Positions 20,729 to 30,957 of a stretch of 64,000 bases of DNA are shown one piece after another. The notes under the pieces were generated by a model. The model was given only the letters and a program-made list of their open reading frames with translations. It had not been told where the DNA came from and made no database searches. This DNA is from Obrimoposthia wandeli (taxonomy: Eukaryota). Every line of letters starts with the position of its first letter. Within the stretch, counting starts at the first letter, position 1. A program made the translations under genes and the position numbers. Location of the stretch: positions 2,294,001 to 2,358,000 of the forward strand of contig CDROCS010000253.1 in assembly GCA_977020255.1 (NCBI GenBank), read 5' to 3'.

Positions 20729-21106
20729 ATGAAACAGGGAGAAATAAAAATGGTAAACATGTTAATTGCATATCAACTTAATGGTGGTGATGTTATTGAG
20801 ATTAATCATCCAGAAGAGTTTGAGTTTAGAGATTTAGATGGAAACAGTTTAGGAAATGCTGAGGTTATCAAACGTCATAATAATGATCTAATATTGGCTG
20901 AAGCCGCATTTGTAATTTCAGCCGAACATGCGAAAATTATTATACCAAGCGATGCTGCATTCATGGAATCAAAAGCAGGAGTAAAACAACAGTTTGATTT
21001 TAATGGTCTCGTAAAAGGCTGTGGTTTTGATTCGGTGAAATATAAATTTGACAGACAAGGTGATGATAACTCTGATTGGGTTCTCGCTTATCCTCAACAG
21101 CATTAA
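20729..21106 (+). CDS. Hypothetical protein (start may be 20750)
   Basis: 125-aa ORF; GGGAG upstream of ATG 20750; no motif recognised. Confidence 0.55.
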   Translation: MKQGEIKMVNMLIAYQLNGGDVIEINHPEEFEFRDLDGNSLGNAEVIKRHNNDLILAEAAFVISAEHAKIIIPSDAAFMESKAGVKQQFDFNGLVKGCGFDSVKYKFDRQGDDNSDWVLAYPQQH

Positions 21107-21599
21107 ATCTAAAAATGGGGGCTACTCATGCTAGTGGCCTTTATTACCTGCCAAAAAATAATATAACACTGGTCTTACTAAGTTAATTACAGTGTATTGA
21201 CAACGTTTAGCTCTTTCCAGTATACCTAATGTCAGACATGCTCTTCAATTAGTAAAGAACCGACAACCTCCAAGATATTAGCTAACGGCTTCTAATCGCT
21301 AAAAGCTGACAAATTTTGATGGAGTATTGAATAAAATTCCTTATCTAAACAGACCATTAGCCGAGATTGATTTTTTCTCAATCTCGGCATCCACTAAAAA
21401 TATTATCGAGTACCTTCGGCTATATGGATGTCACTTAACTATTGCTACGTAATAAATTATTTAACCAGATCTTTGAACAGGATAATAAACAGCTAACATC
21501 ACTATTATCCTGCTTTACAATGATTGGTTAAATGCGTTATATCTATAGGCTAGTTATGGTGGAATGTGTAAGTTTAATTATTAGGTAACTGAAATCAAA

Positions 21600-21887
21600 A
21601 TGATAAAAGTAATTATTGAGCGTGTACTCGCTGACGATATGCAAAGAACATACGATTCTGAAATTCGAAAAAGCTTAACAGCAATAATGACGGCAAAAGG
21701 TTATATTTCTGGCGCATCATACAGCAACGTTGATAACCCCAATATTAGAACGATTATCACCAACTGGGATAATGTTAATTGTTGGAATCGTTGGCATAAA
21801 TCAAAGACACGTCGTGAAGTTAATAAGGCGATTATTTTAATGCTAATACAAGACGAAAAAATTAAAGTATTAATGTCTCAGTCATAA
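21600..21887 (+). CDS. Antibiotic biosynthesis monooxygenase (ABM)-like small protein
   Basis: MIKVIIER...GYISG...ITNW...W.RW..S..R pattern. Confidence 0.75.
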   Translation: MIKVIIERVLADDMQRTYDSEIRKSLTAIMTAKGYISGASYSNVDNPNIRTIITNWDNVNCWNRWHKSKTRREVNKAIILMLIQDEKIKVLMSQS

Positions 21888-22181
21888 CCTTTTGCTAATG
21901 TCTGCAAAGTGGTATTAGTGACGGTTAACCCAATATCAAAAGTTGATACTTAATATCCTAAATGAAATGTTCGTAATAATTTAAAACTCTAAAAATCGCG
22001 ATAGAGTTACCATTCAATTGAGTATAAAATTTTATTAAACATTAATATTTTTTATCGACAAGAAATAGGGGCTATTTAGTAGCCCCTGTTACTAATCATC
22101 AACTATGTACTGTTCAAAATCGTACAGCTACAGTTAATCAAATAGTTAGGTCTTACTCTCTCAATTTAAAAGGATTTTACT

Positions 22182-23879
22182 TTGTCTATTTCGTTAATTT
22201 ATAGAATCATTATTTTTCTATTGTATATCATTAGTTTTAATTCTATTGCTGTTAGCGATACTAATCTAGAATTAGAAAGGAAGATCCGGGGATTACTGAA
22301 ACATACGCAATCACATGACTTTTTGCGTGGCTATGATCGTTCTCAAAGCCTCATGAGTGAATTACTTGAGAAAGTTTCAAAGATAGATGATGAAGCACTA
22401 ATTTTAGAAGTGCATTATGCTAATTTACTTTTGGCTGACAGTCGAACTTCTGTAAAAGATTTTCTTGGCTCATTGAAAATTGTTTTAGCTCTATCCGAAA
22501 AACTCAAAAACTATAAAAAACATGCGTTAGCAATCACTATAAAAGGCACCTTTTATCAAGAAAAGGAAGATATTATTCAAGAAATAGCTTCATATAAGTC
22601 AGCGATAGATTACGCCAATAAACATAACCTCAAAAACGTAATATCGGGTAACCTTAATAATTTAGGTGGTAGGTATATTTATTTAGGGTTATATAAGCAG
22701 GCTTTGAAGTACTATAAAGAAGCAATAGAAATTGATAGCTCCCCACTTGTCATTCGAAATATAGCGATGACATACATGTTACTGGGCGAACTCGATAAAG
22801 CTGAAAGTATCTTAACTACTCAAGAAAGACTTAATCCACATGGATTAATTTTACTATCCTCTATTTATGTTAAGCAAAAAGATATTGAAAAGGCAAAGCA
22901 ACAACTTTCCAAAATTCGACAAGATTTTCAGCCACTATCTTCGGCAAACTCGGCATACTCAACATTAGCTGAGGCGAAGCTACATTATTCGATACAAGAA
23001 TACGATGTAGCAGTTAAGTTATTTGAAGAAGGCTTGAGTAGTAATGTTTATTTTTCACCATCAGACAAACAAAAAAATCTATATCTTCTCTCAAACAGCT
23101 ATTATCAATTACAGAATTATCCTGAAGCGGCTAGAACATATAATCAATGGGCTTTACTAAAAAAAGCGATTGATGAAAACCGCATAAAACAAGCAATGAG
23201 CTTACTTTTAGCTGAATTTAATCTTGAACGAGAAGTAAATAAAAAAGAAAATTTTGAGAGCGATTTATTACTCGCTAACGATAAATTAGCATCCAATGAA
23301 AAAATTAAGGAGTTAGAGATATTCGTCACCTTTTTATCAATAACTATAACACTTTTAATTGCTTTTCTATTTTATAAACAAAGTCGAAAAAACAAATTAC
23401 TGAATGAATTCGCCCATACAGATATGTTAACCAAAATTAAAAATCGTAGAAGTATTATTTTATATTTAGAAGATAGTATAAAGTCTCTTAAAAGTAATGA
23501 CCTTCTATGTGTCGCCATGTTAGATATTGACCATTTCAAGCGTATCAATGATAACTTTGGTCATGATGTTGGCGATAAAGTGTTGTGTGCGTTTTCATTA
23601 TTTGTTTCTACATTTTTAAGAAAATCTGATACTTTTGGTCGATTTGGTGGAGAGGAGTTTTTAATCATTTTTAATAACACTAATATCGAACAATCAAAAG
23701 CGATACTTGAGCGATTAGTGATAGAGTTATCAAACTTTGAATTTCCTGAAGTTGGGAGTGTGACATTTAGTGCGGGTTTAGCTCAATACAGTAATCAAGA
23801 TATCAAAACATTAATTATTGAAGCCGATGAAAAGTTATATACAGCAAAAAATTCGGGAAGAAATCAAATAGCGGCTTAG
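22182..23879 (+). CDS. TPR-repeat sensory diguanylate cyclase
   Basis: Signal/TM segment, TPR-like repeats, second TM, DMLTKIKNRR, DIDHFKRIND.FGH, RxxD I-site (RKSD), GGEEF. Confidence 0.9.
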   Translation: MSISLIYRIIIFLLYIISFNSIAVSDTNLELERKIRGLLKHTQSHDFLRGYDRSQSLMSELLEKVSKIDDEALILEVHYANLLLADSRTSVKDFLGSLKIVLALSEKLKNYKKHALAITIKGTFYQEKEDIIQEIASYKSAIDYANKHNLKNVISGNLNNLGGRYIYLGLYKQALKYYKEAIEIDSSPLVIRNIAMTYMLLGELDKAESILTTQERLNPHGLILLSSIYVKQKDIEKAKQQLSKIRQDFQPLSSANSAYSTLAEAKLHYSIQEYDVAVKLFEEGLSSNVYFSPSDKQKNLYLLSNSYYQLQNYPEAARTYNQWALLKKAIDENRIKQAMSLLLAEFNLEREVNKKENFESDLLLANDKLASNEKIKELEIFVTFLSITITLLIAFLFYKQSRKNKLLNEFAHTDMLTKIKNRRSIILYLEDSIKSLKSNDLLCVAMLDIDHFKRINDNFGHDVGDKVLCAFSLFVSTFLRKSDTFGRFGGEEFLIIFNNTNIEQSKAILERLVIELSNFEFPEVGSVTFSAGLAQYSNQDIKTLIIEADEKLYTAKNSGRNQIAA

Positions 23880-24104
23880 CATTGCTCCTTTAGTTTGGGG
23901 GATTTAAAAATATCATTCCAGATATCACGGTGATCTTCATTTCATAACCTTAACAGCCTCTCTATGGGGGGATTGGCATTAGGTTAGTCGTTAGTACTAA
24001 AAAATCAAACCGCTTGGTATGAGTACTTAAGACAATAAAGCATACTTAAACGCCTAATCTGATTCTCAACTCATTATCAATGCTAACTAATATTTTTATA
24101 TAAA

Positions 24105-24248
24105 TTAAGTGAATTAACTAGAACAGCCATCCAATTTAGTAAACGTATCCATTGTGCTGTAGGGCATGCTGAGGTGCTTAATGACTTTTGCAAACATCAA
24201 ACAGATGAACGAGTAAAAGACTATGTATCGATGTATGGTTACAGGTAA
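24105..24248 (+). pseudogene. Possible C-terminal remnant of a Y1/RAYT-like transposase
   Basis: Start-less frame QFSKRIHCAVGHAEVLNDFCKHQ resembles, from memory, the C-terminus of Alteromonadales Y1 transposases; degraded upstream. Confidence 0.35.
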
Positions 24249-24380
24249 AATCCAGTAACATTACGTGAAGAATCAGTTGTTTCTCTGTTGAAAATTAATA
24301 CAACAACATACTCATTTTTTCTAATGAAAATACCCAAGGTATTTAGCTTTATTTCGTTCTCGCTTTAACTATAATTAAGA

Positions 24381-24587
24381 GTGGCTGTCTTTGTTATCCA
24401 AGAGTTAATGGATGTAATTATTAACCAGTGTAAGGAAATGAAGTTAGAGCCTACTCAAATACTCGATGGTATTTCACGTTCTTTACTGGGTGCTCTAATG
24501 GCATTTGGTACTAAAAATTTGAATGTTGAAATTGAAAATGTAGGTTCAGTTACAGTAACTGTTCTTGATGAAGGTAATAAGGAATAA
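24381..24587 (+). CDS. Small hypothetical protein (start may be 24408)
   Basis: 68-aa ORF with helix/strand-like composition. Confidence 0.45.
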   Translation: MAVFVIQELMDVIINQCKEMKLEPTQILDGISRSLLGALMAFGTKNLNVEIENVGSVTVTVLDEGNKE

Positions 24588-24629
24588 GCTGCTTAAACAC
24601 AACATTGGAAGTTAAATAGGGGAATATAA

Positions 24630-24848
24630 ATGAGTCAATCAATGCAGAATTTAGCGGCTTCTTTAGAGTCTCTTGAAGAAGAAATTGGACTTGAAGATTT
24701 AAGCCAGTTATTAGCAGATATGTTGCTTGTTTGTTCTGCAAGAATCGTAGGTGATACTCCTAATAATTGGACTGTAAAAACAGAAATTGTTAATGGTGAG
24801 GTGACGGCTATTACTGATACGGCTTTGTCTAAGGTTAAAATTGGTTAA
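24630..24848 (+). CDS. Small acidic hypothetical protein
   Basis: 72-aa ORF with AGGGGA RBS. Confidence 0.55.
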   Translation: MSQSMQNLAASLESLEEEIGLEDLSQLLADMLLVCSARIVGDTPNNWTVKTEIVNGEVTAITDTALSKVKIG

Positions 24849-25048
24849 ATAGAGTGTGTTGCACTGACCATTTGAAATCACAGGAAGCTGTTAACGTAAT
24901 GTGTTTGTTCAGCCATGCCCGCTCTAGATCAAAATATACAAAAAATTCAGTGTGAATTTTCAAATGCCAACTTCCGCAGTGTGGCGTTTTCTGTCGTTAA
25001 AATGATTTCAATGTAAGAAATATAAGCTGTTATAAAGCTAAGGAATAA

Positions 25049-25450
25049 TTGGCAATGCGTAAATTATTAACATCAATCATAGTCGCTTTGGTTTTGTTGC
25101 AATGGACTATCGTTGTCGAAGCCGCATCCTTGAAGGGAGCATATGAAAACCACCAAAGTGATGTGCAAGTTAAAGATAGCGGTACAGTAGTCCGCATTCT
25201 AAAAGACGATAATAAAGGATCTCGTCATCAAAAGTTCATTCTCAAATTATCATCAGGTCAAACTATTTTAATCGCTCATAATATTGATCTTGCCCCAAGA
25301 ATAAATTTCATTTCAAATGGTGATGTAATTCAATTTTATGGTGAATATGAATGGAACAATAAAGGCGGTGTTGTACACTGGACTCATCGAGACCCAAATA
25401 ACCATCATGTAAATGGCTGGTTAAAGCATAAAGGTAAGATTTACCAATAG
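25049..25450 (+). CDS. DUF3465 family secreted protein
   Basis: DD..GSRHQKFIL, AHNIDLAPR, GEYEWN..GGVVHWTH.DP. Confidence 0.88.
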   Translation: MAMRKLLTSIIVALVLLQWTIVVEAASLKGAYENHQSDVQVKDSGTVVRILKDDNKGSRHQKFILKLSSGQTILIAHNIDLAPRINFISNGDVIQFYGEYEWNNKGGVVHWTHRDPNNHHVNGWLKHKGKIYQ

Positions 25451-25943
25451 TTTTATAAGCAAATTAAATGGACTTCAAACAGATAGCTGTCATTCTTTCA
25501 TCACTTATCCAACTATTTTAAGCCCTTTATTTGGCCGTTATCGATATAAAAACTAATCCGAATCAGTGTTTTGGCTCCACGACTTAATGTCGTTTTTGTG
25601 GCATCTAGTGACTGATCTTTAGGTCAACTGATCGCTAAAAATCTGGCATTGGTGCGTGAATTTAATTGCTAACTCTTTGTTGCAAGAGCTCCCCCTCACT
25701 TTTATGTCCACTGTCTTCAAGGATAGCTGACATTAGCTGGATATTAAATTCTAGAATGAATTTTGTGTCAAGTTATGTACTTGTTTATATAGTGTTACAA
25801 ATAAAACCATATTAAGAATGTAAATCACTCGTTTTCTCGATAAGTGAGTACTACGCTTATTTATGTATGTTAAAAATCACGCTATTTACAGGTAGAAAAA
25901 AAGTAGCCTAAGCAAGTTCTTTGAGTGTAATAGGAGATATAAC

Positions 25944-26492
25944 ATGAGACGCGAGTACTTTCTGGCGGAGTCTTTGGAGGATATAGATAAAGCGGCATCT
26001 ATATTACATGATCAATTACATATCAATGAAAACAATATTCATGTGATAAGTAATGATAGAAAAGGTATTAAACAACATAATTTGCATGAGGGAAGCATTA
26101 TAGAAAAATCAGATCTAGTGCGTGGTTTAGAGCACGGCGCATTGTTGGGGATAGCTATGGGGATAACCGGTTGCGCTATTCTGGTCGTTAATATGCCCTT
26201 TTGGGATGTGAGTGAACTGACCAAACAAGCGGTGACAGCACTCACCTTATTTGGCTCATTGATGATAGGTTGTATCATTGGTGCACTCGTTGGCTTACTC
26301 CATGTTAATTATAAGATTTTCCGATTTAATGAAGACTTAGAAACTGGTAAATATTTAATGTTGGTCGATTCAAATGAGCTTGGAATAATCAAGCAGGCAT
26401 TAGAAAAACAGCCAATCATCGACAAAGGGGAAGGCAGTAGCTTTATTTTCCCCTTTGATGAATACGAGGACCAACGGAGATTAACCGCTTAA
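25944..26492 (+). CDS. DUF1269-like two-TM membrane protein
   Basis: IHVIS, SDLVRGLEHGALLG, Gly-rich TM pair, GKYLMLVD. Confidence 0.75.
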   Translation: MRREYFLAESLEDIDKAASILHDQLHINENNIHVISNDRKGIKQHNLHEGSIIEKSDLVRGLEHGALLGIAMGITGCAILVVNMPFWDVSELTKQAVTALTLFGSLMIGCIIGALVGLLHVNYKIFRFNEDLETGKYLMLVDSNELGIIKQALEKQPIIDKGEGSSFIFPFDEYEDQRRLTA

Positions 26493-26535
26493 GCATCTTT
26501 GTTGTTAGATGCCCTAGATAATTATTCTTAATAAA

Positions 26536-26576
26536 TGGGGTCAGAGTAAAATTAAGCTTTAGTCTTACTCTGCTCC
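26536..26576. repeat. REP-like hairpin
   Basis: GGGGTCAGAGTAAAATTAAG...TTACTCTGCTCCC imperfect palindrome. Confidence 0.5.
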
Positions 26577-27093
26577 CATGACCCGACTTTTATCTTTCCA
26601 TCAGCAAGTTATGATGACACTCACCCTTTTAGGTAAAAGTTAGGTACTTTCAAGTTAACGAAATCCGCGCTAATTATTTTCCAAAATGAACTTCTATGTT
26701 ATTGACCTATAGCTCTGGTTAGTCTGAATCCCCGAGAGTTTTTTCTTTATTCCACTTAGCTAACAGTCCCCTAAACAGTCCTGTTTGTGGTAACAGTGAA
26801 CAGGAGAGGTCAATCTCATTTACTGACGAGATTCTCATTATTTATGACATCTCCACACATAAGCCATAATAAATAGAAAAATAATAACGATTACTTTTAG
26901 AGTATGCACTTTAGTTAGTTAGTTAGATGAACAATTCAAAATAGTGCTCGCGCTAAAAAAATATCCGTACATCAAGCACCAGGTTTGACTATCAGCTCTA
27001 TAGCTATCTCTAAAACCGATTCTGCTCCATTAGAAAGGATCTAGCTCTATATTGGAATGATCACAATCACGGGGGAGAGTTTTTAAGCAACGC

Positions 27094-27122
27094 TTGCAAC
27101 ATACCGAGCGGTTGGTTATTAT
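27094..27122 (+). promoter_or_regulatory. tetR promoter with operator in the spacer
   Basis: TTGCAA-N17-TATTAT; spacer holds TACCGAGCGGTTGGT. Confidence 0.65.
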
Positions 27123-27164
27123 TTAGGTGAGTAAACCGTTTAGTAAAATAATTGAGTAATAACC

Positions 27165-27749
27165 ATGAGTGATGCAGAGCAAACCCGCCAAAATATTTTA
27201 ACCGTTGCCGCTGACGAAATTCATCAACATGGTTTTAAAGCAACCAGCTTGTCGATTATTCTCAATCGCTGCGAAATATCAAAAGGTGCGCTGTACCATC
27301 ACTTCACTAGTAAAATGGAGCTGGGTTACGCCGTATTCGAAGAAATTTATACTCCAATGTTTTTAAGTGTATGGCAGGCACCTGTCAGTGTTGAAGATCC
27401 TATTGAAGGCTTGTGTGAATTTTTAACCGCAATGACTGAGCAAATGTCTTGCAGTGAAGTGGTGTGTGGTTGTCCGCTCAATAACCTTTGTGAAGAAATG
27501 GCCAATGTGGATGAGGGTTTTCGTTTACGTATTTTGTCTATGCAAGAACAGCTCAATCAGTTGATTGTTGATGCTCTTGATAAAATTAGTGATGACTTGC
27601 GTGCAGATATAGCGTTGAGCCAAGTGGGCTACTTTATTGTCGCGACCTTAAATGGTGCTACAAGTTTATGTAAAAGCTCACGTAATAAATTGTTATTTCA
27701 GCAAGTGATTGCTGAGTTATGTCTTTATATTAGGGCTTTGAAAAAGTAA
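27165..27749 (+). CDS. TetR/AcrR family regulator
   Basis: HTH with GFKATSL...ISKGALYHHF; GCPLNNL in C-terminal domain. Confidence 0.92.
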   Translation: MSDAEQTRQNILTVAADEIHQHGFKATSLSIILNRCEISKGALYHHFTSKMELGYAVFEEIYTPMFLSVWQAPVSVEDPIEGLCEFLTAMTEQMSCSEVVCGCPLNNLCEEMANVDEGFRLRILSMQEQLNQLIVDALDKISDDLRADIALSQVGYFIVATLNGATSLCKSSRNKLLFQQVIAELCLYIRALKK

Positions 27750-27821
27750 GTCAGCTTCCAGCTGTTCTTTTGCTTATTCCCATTTACACTTAAGTAAACA
27801 TTTTTGTTCTTGATAATACCT

Positions 27822-27884
27822 TTCACAAACCGATCGGTCGGTGCTATTCTCTTGTTCTATTTAGCAAACCGCTCAGTCGGTATG
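27822..27884 (+). promoter_or_regulatory. mlaC promoter with two TetR-type operators
   Basis: TTCACA-N17-TATTCT; AACCGATCGGTCGGT in the spacer; AACCGCTCAGTCGGT downstream. Confidence 0.6.
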
Positions 27885-27935
27885 TTGCTGATGGATATAT
27901 CAGTACCTATTTTTATACTTAAGGATCTTTTTCTC

Positions 27936-28598
27936 ATGCGAGCACTCATAACAAAAAGCATTATGGCTTTGATTTTACTTTCTATTACTTCTCCTGTATT
28001 AGCATCATCTGTTGCAACAGCATCAGTGAGCTCTGCACCTGCTTCAGCTTCGTATTCAGATAATGCCTCACCTTATGTGGTATTAAAAACGGCAGGAACC
28101 AGCTTGTTTTCGCGTATATCGGCTAACCAACAAGCCATTGCTAAATTTCCACATTTAATGCGCGATATTGTTGAAGAAGAATTAATGCCATCAATAGATT
28201 ATCGTTATGCATCCTATCGTATTTTAGGTAAACATTTGAAAAAAATATCAAAGGGGCAACGTGCTGATTTTGTTAAAGCGATGCGTCATTACTTGGTAAG
28301 AACTTACTCTATTGCTTTGTCTAAGTATAAAAACCAAGAAGTTATTTTTGAACAAGACAAACCAACTAAGGGTAAAAGAATCATTGGTGTTAAAACACAA
28401 ATTATTGCTCAAGGTGCACCAACCATTAATATTGTTTTTCAAATGCGACAAAACAAAAAAACAGGGCAATGGAAGGCATTTGATATTACGGTAGAAGGCA
28501 TCTCTTTATTAAGTACTAAACAAGCTGAATTGAATAAAAAAATCGCTAGGCAGGGCATAGACCACGTTACCTTAGAGTTAGCTGCTTTAGCAAAGTAA
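27936..28598 (+). CDS. mlaC: MlaC/Ttg2D-family periplasmic lipid-binding protein (orphan)
   Basis: AAGGA RBS, signal peptide, ID...ASYRILG, WKAFDITVEGISLL. Confidence 0.85.
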   Translation: MRALITKSIMALILLSITSPVLASSVATASVSSAPASASYSDNASPYVVLKTAGTSLFSRISANQQAIAKFPHLMRDIVEEELMPSIDYRYASYRILGKHLKKISKGQRADFVKAMRHYLVRTYSIALSKYKNQEVIFEQDKPTKGKRIIGVKTQIIAQGAPTINIVFQMRQNKKTGQWKAFDITVEGISLLSTKQAELNKKIARQGIDHVTLELAALAK

Positions 28599-28792
28599 GG
28601 CTTTATATATGAATTCTTTTATCCGTTAATCGAGATAAAAAATAAAATTGATATCAAGATGCAAATAAATCGCTTAACTGTATAATCGATAACATCATTA
28701 AAACAGCGAGTAATAGGATTATTTAAGTACTTATTTAATCAATAATTAAGAGGTTATAGGTCTTTATTCCGCTAATTACAGTCACTATTTAA

Positions 28793-29944
28793 ATGAATCA
28801 TAAAACATTACTTCTAACCGAAGCGGTCAATACTCTACTAATAAAAAGTGCTGTACCAGCAACGCTTACTATAGAGCAATGTGCTGCAGTGCTAGCTATG
28901 AGTATGACATCATTTCGACGTAAACTCAGCCAAGAAGAAACCACCTTCAAGCTTATTCAGCAAAAATATTTGAATGAATTGTGCGTACACGCTTTACTTA
29001 CTAACCATGTGAGTATTGATAGTTTAGTGGTGAAGTTAGGTTATTCTGAACGCGCTACTTTTGAGCGAGCCTTTCGTCATAAGTTTGGCATAACCCCTTC
29101 TCAATTTCGTGACTTATCACTGATAGGTAGTGACAAAAATAACCAGCAAGACTTGAGCGCCATCGCGAAAGATATGCCACCTTTACCTGATAGTTGTCAG
29201 CTTTTATTAAGTGAAAAAGACCAAGAAAATTTTGATTTGCAACGTGTTATAGAGATTATCGCTAAAGATCCTATTTTTACAGGACGTTTGATGGGGCTTG
29301 CTAGTAAGGCTATATACGGTAAAACGCCAAATAATATCCAAGAAGCTATCAGTCGAAGTTTAGGTATCAATACCGTGGTTAATTTAGCCGTTATTTATTC
29401 TGTTAAAGATGCTCTCGCGGTTCATGTAGATCAAAGAGTTATTAACCAATGTATCAATGCATTTTTGAACGCGCCTAAGTTTTTTCAGGTGATGCGGAAA
29501 TCGGCTGGTATGGATATTAAATTTGATAATGCTCTTATTGAGCAAGTGTTGGTATTTGCCTTACTAGGAATTTTATTACTGTGTCATAAAGAGGCGGCTA
29601 AACATCAACTGATGTTGCATTCACTACAAGGCATTGATGATTTACACTCACTAAATCACAATATTCATGAGTCAATGAATATTAGTCTCTTTGGGTCCTC
29701 AATCTTGATGTTATCTTTATGGCATATCGATGCTAGTGTCATTAAGCAACTGAATCATCTAGATAAGGTAAGTAAGCGAGAAGTGAAAGGTAATAAACAA
29801 GATGAATTAGTGTTGTTTATGTTGTCTTGCTTATATAACTTAGCGACAGATCGTAAAGATCATAGCGGGTTGGATCAAAAAGCTGAGCTGTTAAACCTTG
29901 ATGGTTTTAATGAGGTTAAGTCGATATTCCTTTCTGGTAGTTAG
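28793..29944 (+). CDS. AraC-HTH + HDOD domain fusion protein
   Basis: MSMTSFRRKL...LGYSERATFERAFRHKFGITPSQFR, then LPDS...IIAKDPIFTGRLMGLAS HDOD start. Confidence 0.8.
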   Translation: MNHKTLLLTEAVNTLLIKSAVPATLTIEQCAAVLAMSMTSFRRKLSQEETTFKLIQQKYLNELCVHALLTNHVSIDSLVVKLGYSERATFERAFRHKFGITPSQFRDLSLIGSDKNNQQDLSAIAKDMPPLPDSCQLLLSEKDQENFDLQRVIEIIAKDPIFTGRLMGLASKAIYGKTPNNIQEAISRSLGINTVVNLAVIYSVKDALAVHVDQRVINQCINAFLNAPKFFQVMRKSAGMDIKFDNALIEQVLVFALLGILLLCHKEAAKHQLMLHSLQGIDDLHSLNHNIHESMNISLFGSSILMLSLWHIDASVIKQLNHLDKVSKREVKGNKQDELVLFMLSCLYNLATDRKDHSGLDQKAELLNLDGFNEVKSIFLSGS

Positions 29945-29970
29945 TTGCCAATTTAATATTAATGTGAAGT

Positions 29971-30018
29971 AACTTTCTCAGCCACTCTTTTAAAAGAGAG
30001 GGGCTGACTGAGAAAGTT
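29971..30018. terminator. Hairpin between convergent genes
   Basis: AACTTTCTCAG...CTGAGAAAGTT. Confidence 0.6.
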
Positions 30019-30060
30019 TAATTGAATTGTTATTTACTATTCATCTAAAGCTATAATTAT

Positions 30061-30816
30061 TTAAGAGATTGCGGCTGCATTAGATTTTATTTTGATTTTC
30101 TGTTGGCGACGAACTAACATGGCAAAACCAAGTAATGATAGTGCGAACACTGAAGGTTCAGGAATATCAGTCACAGGTCCTTGAGTAACCTGTACTAAAG
30201 ACACATTATCAACTAAGCCACCTAGTGTGTTTTGTTTACCAAAAGCACCAAAACTTAAATCCATGGTTTCAGACTGCGCTGTTAAACGAACTGATTGTAC
30301 TACCCAATTTGGATTTTGCTTGTTTATACCATCAATTGAAAAGTCAGCATTCATATTTAGGTTGAAATCAGTCGTGGCATCATACCAAAATACATTAATA
30401 CCATTATCGTTTATTTGATTAGTACGTGCTTTGTAAGAAAACTCTAATAAATACTCTGCGCCAATGGTGAGTGAGTCTAATGATTGGGTCATTACTGTAT
30501 TTGATGAGCCATTTGAACTTGAGTCAAGCTCAACATGATTTTTACCCTCTGCTGATTTAGTCACAACATTTTTTTGTAGCTCTATACCGCTGCCATCTGT
30601 TGTTACCCAACCAGGTAGTGTGTAAAAAACATCCCAAGCACTATTTTTGTTTGCAAATTTTTGCAAATCAGTTTGATTAACAACACCTTGAGAAGTAGAG
30701 TTATCAGCAAATACTAATTCTTCGAAGCTACCATTAGTGATCAACGATGCACTAGCTATTGAGCTAGTAATTAAAAGAGAAAAAGTTAAAATCGTTTTAT
30801 TTAAAGTTTGTAACAT
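30061..30816 (-). CDS. PEP-CTERM exosortase-target surface protein
   Basis: Signal peptide; LITNGSFE lectin-like start; C-terminal IPEPSVFALSLLGFAMLVRRQQK. Confidence 0.9.
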   Translation of the reverse strand: MLQTLNKTILTFSLLITSSIASASLITNGSFEELVFADNSTSQGVVNQTDLQKFANKNSAWDVFYTLPGWVTTDGSGIELQKNVVTKSAEGKNHVELDSSSNGSSNTVMTQSLDSLTIGAEYLLEFSYKARTNQINDNGINVFWYDATTDFNLNMNADFSIDGINKQNPNWVVQSVRLTAQSETMDLSFGAFGKQNTLGGLVDNVSLVQVTQGPVTDIPEPSVFALSLLGFAMLVRRQQKIKIKSNAAAIS

Positions 30817-30957
30817 GGGAGAAAAACCCTAAGTAGCAGTAAGTTGAAGCTAGTATAATGAGGTAGGGATTTTATAAATATGGCTAAACTGTCCAAAATT
30901 TATTTATAACCCTAATATTATTGGTATAACTACTTTTTCACCTCATAAGGAGGCTAT

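Noticed and set aside
25450-25944. Possible pseudogene in a long intergenic gap
   Set aside because: No frame or motif I could support
27804-27935. ORF-track N-terminal extension of mlaC
   Set aside because: Runs through the promoter and operators; RBS and signal peptide fit ATG 27936
30817-30957. sigma54 promoter for the PEP-CTERM gene
   Set aside because: No GG-N10-GC spacing found on the minus strand by eye
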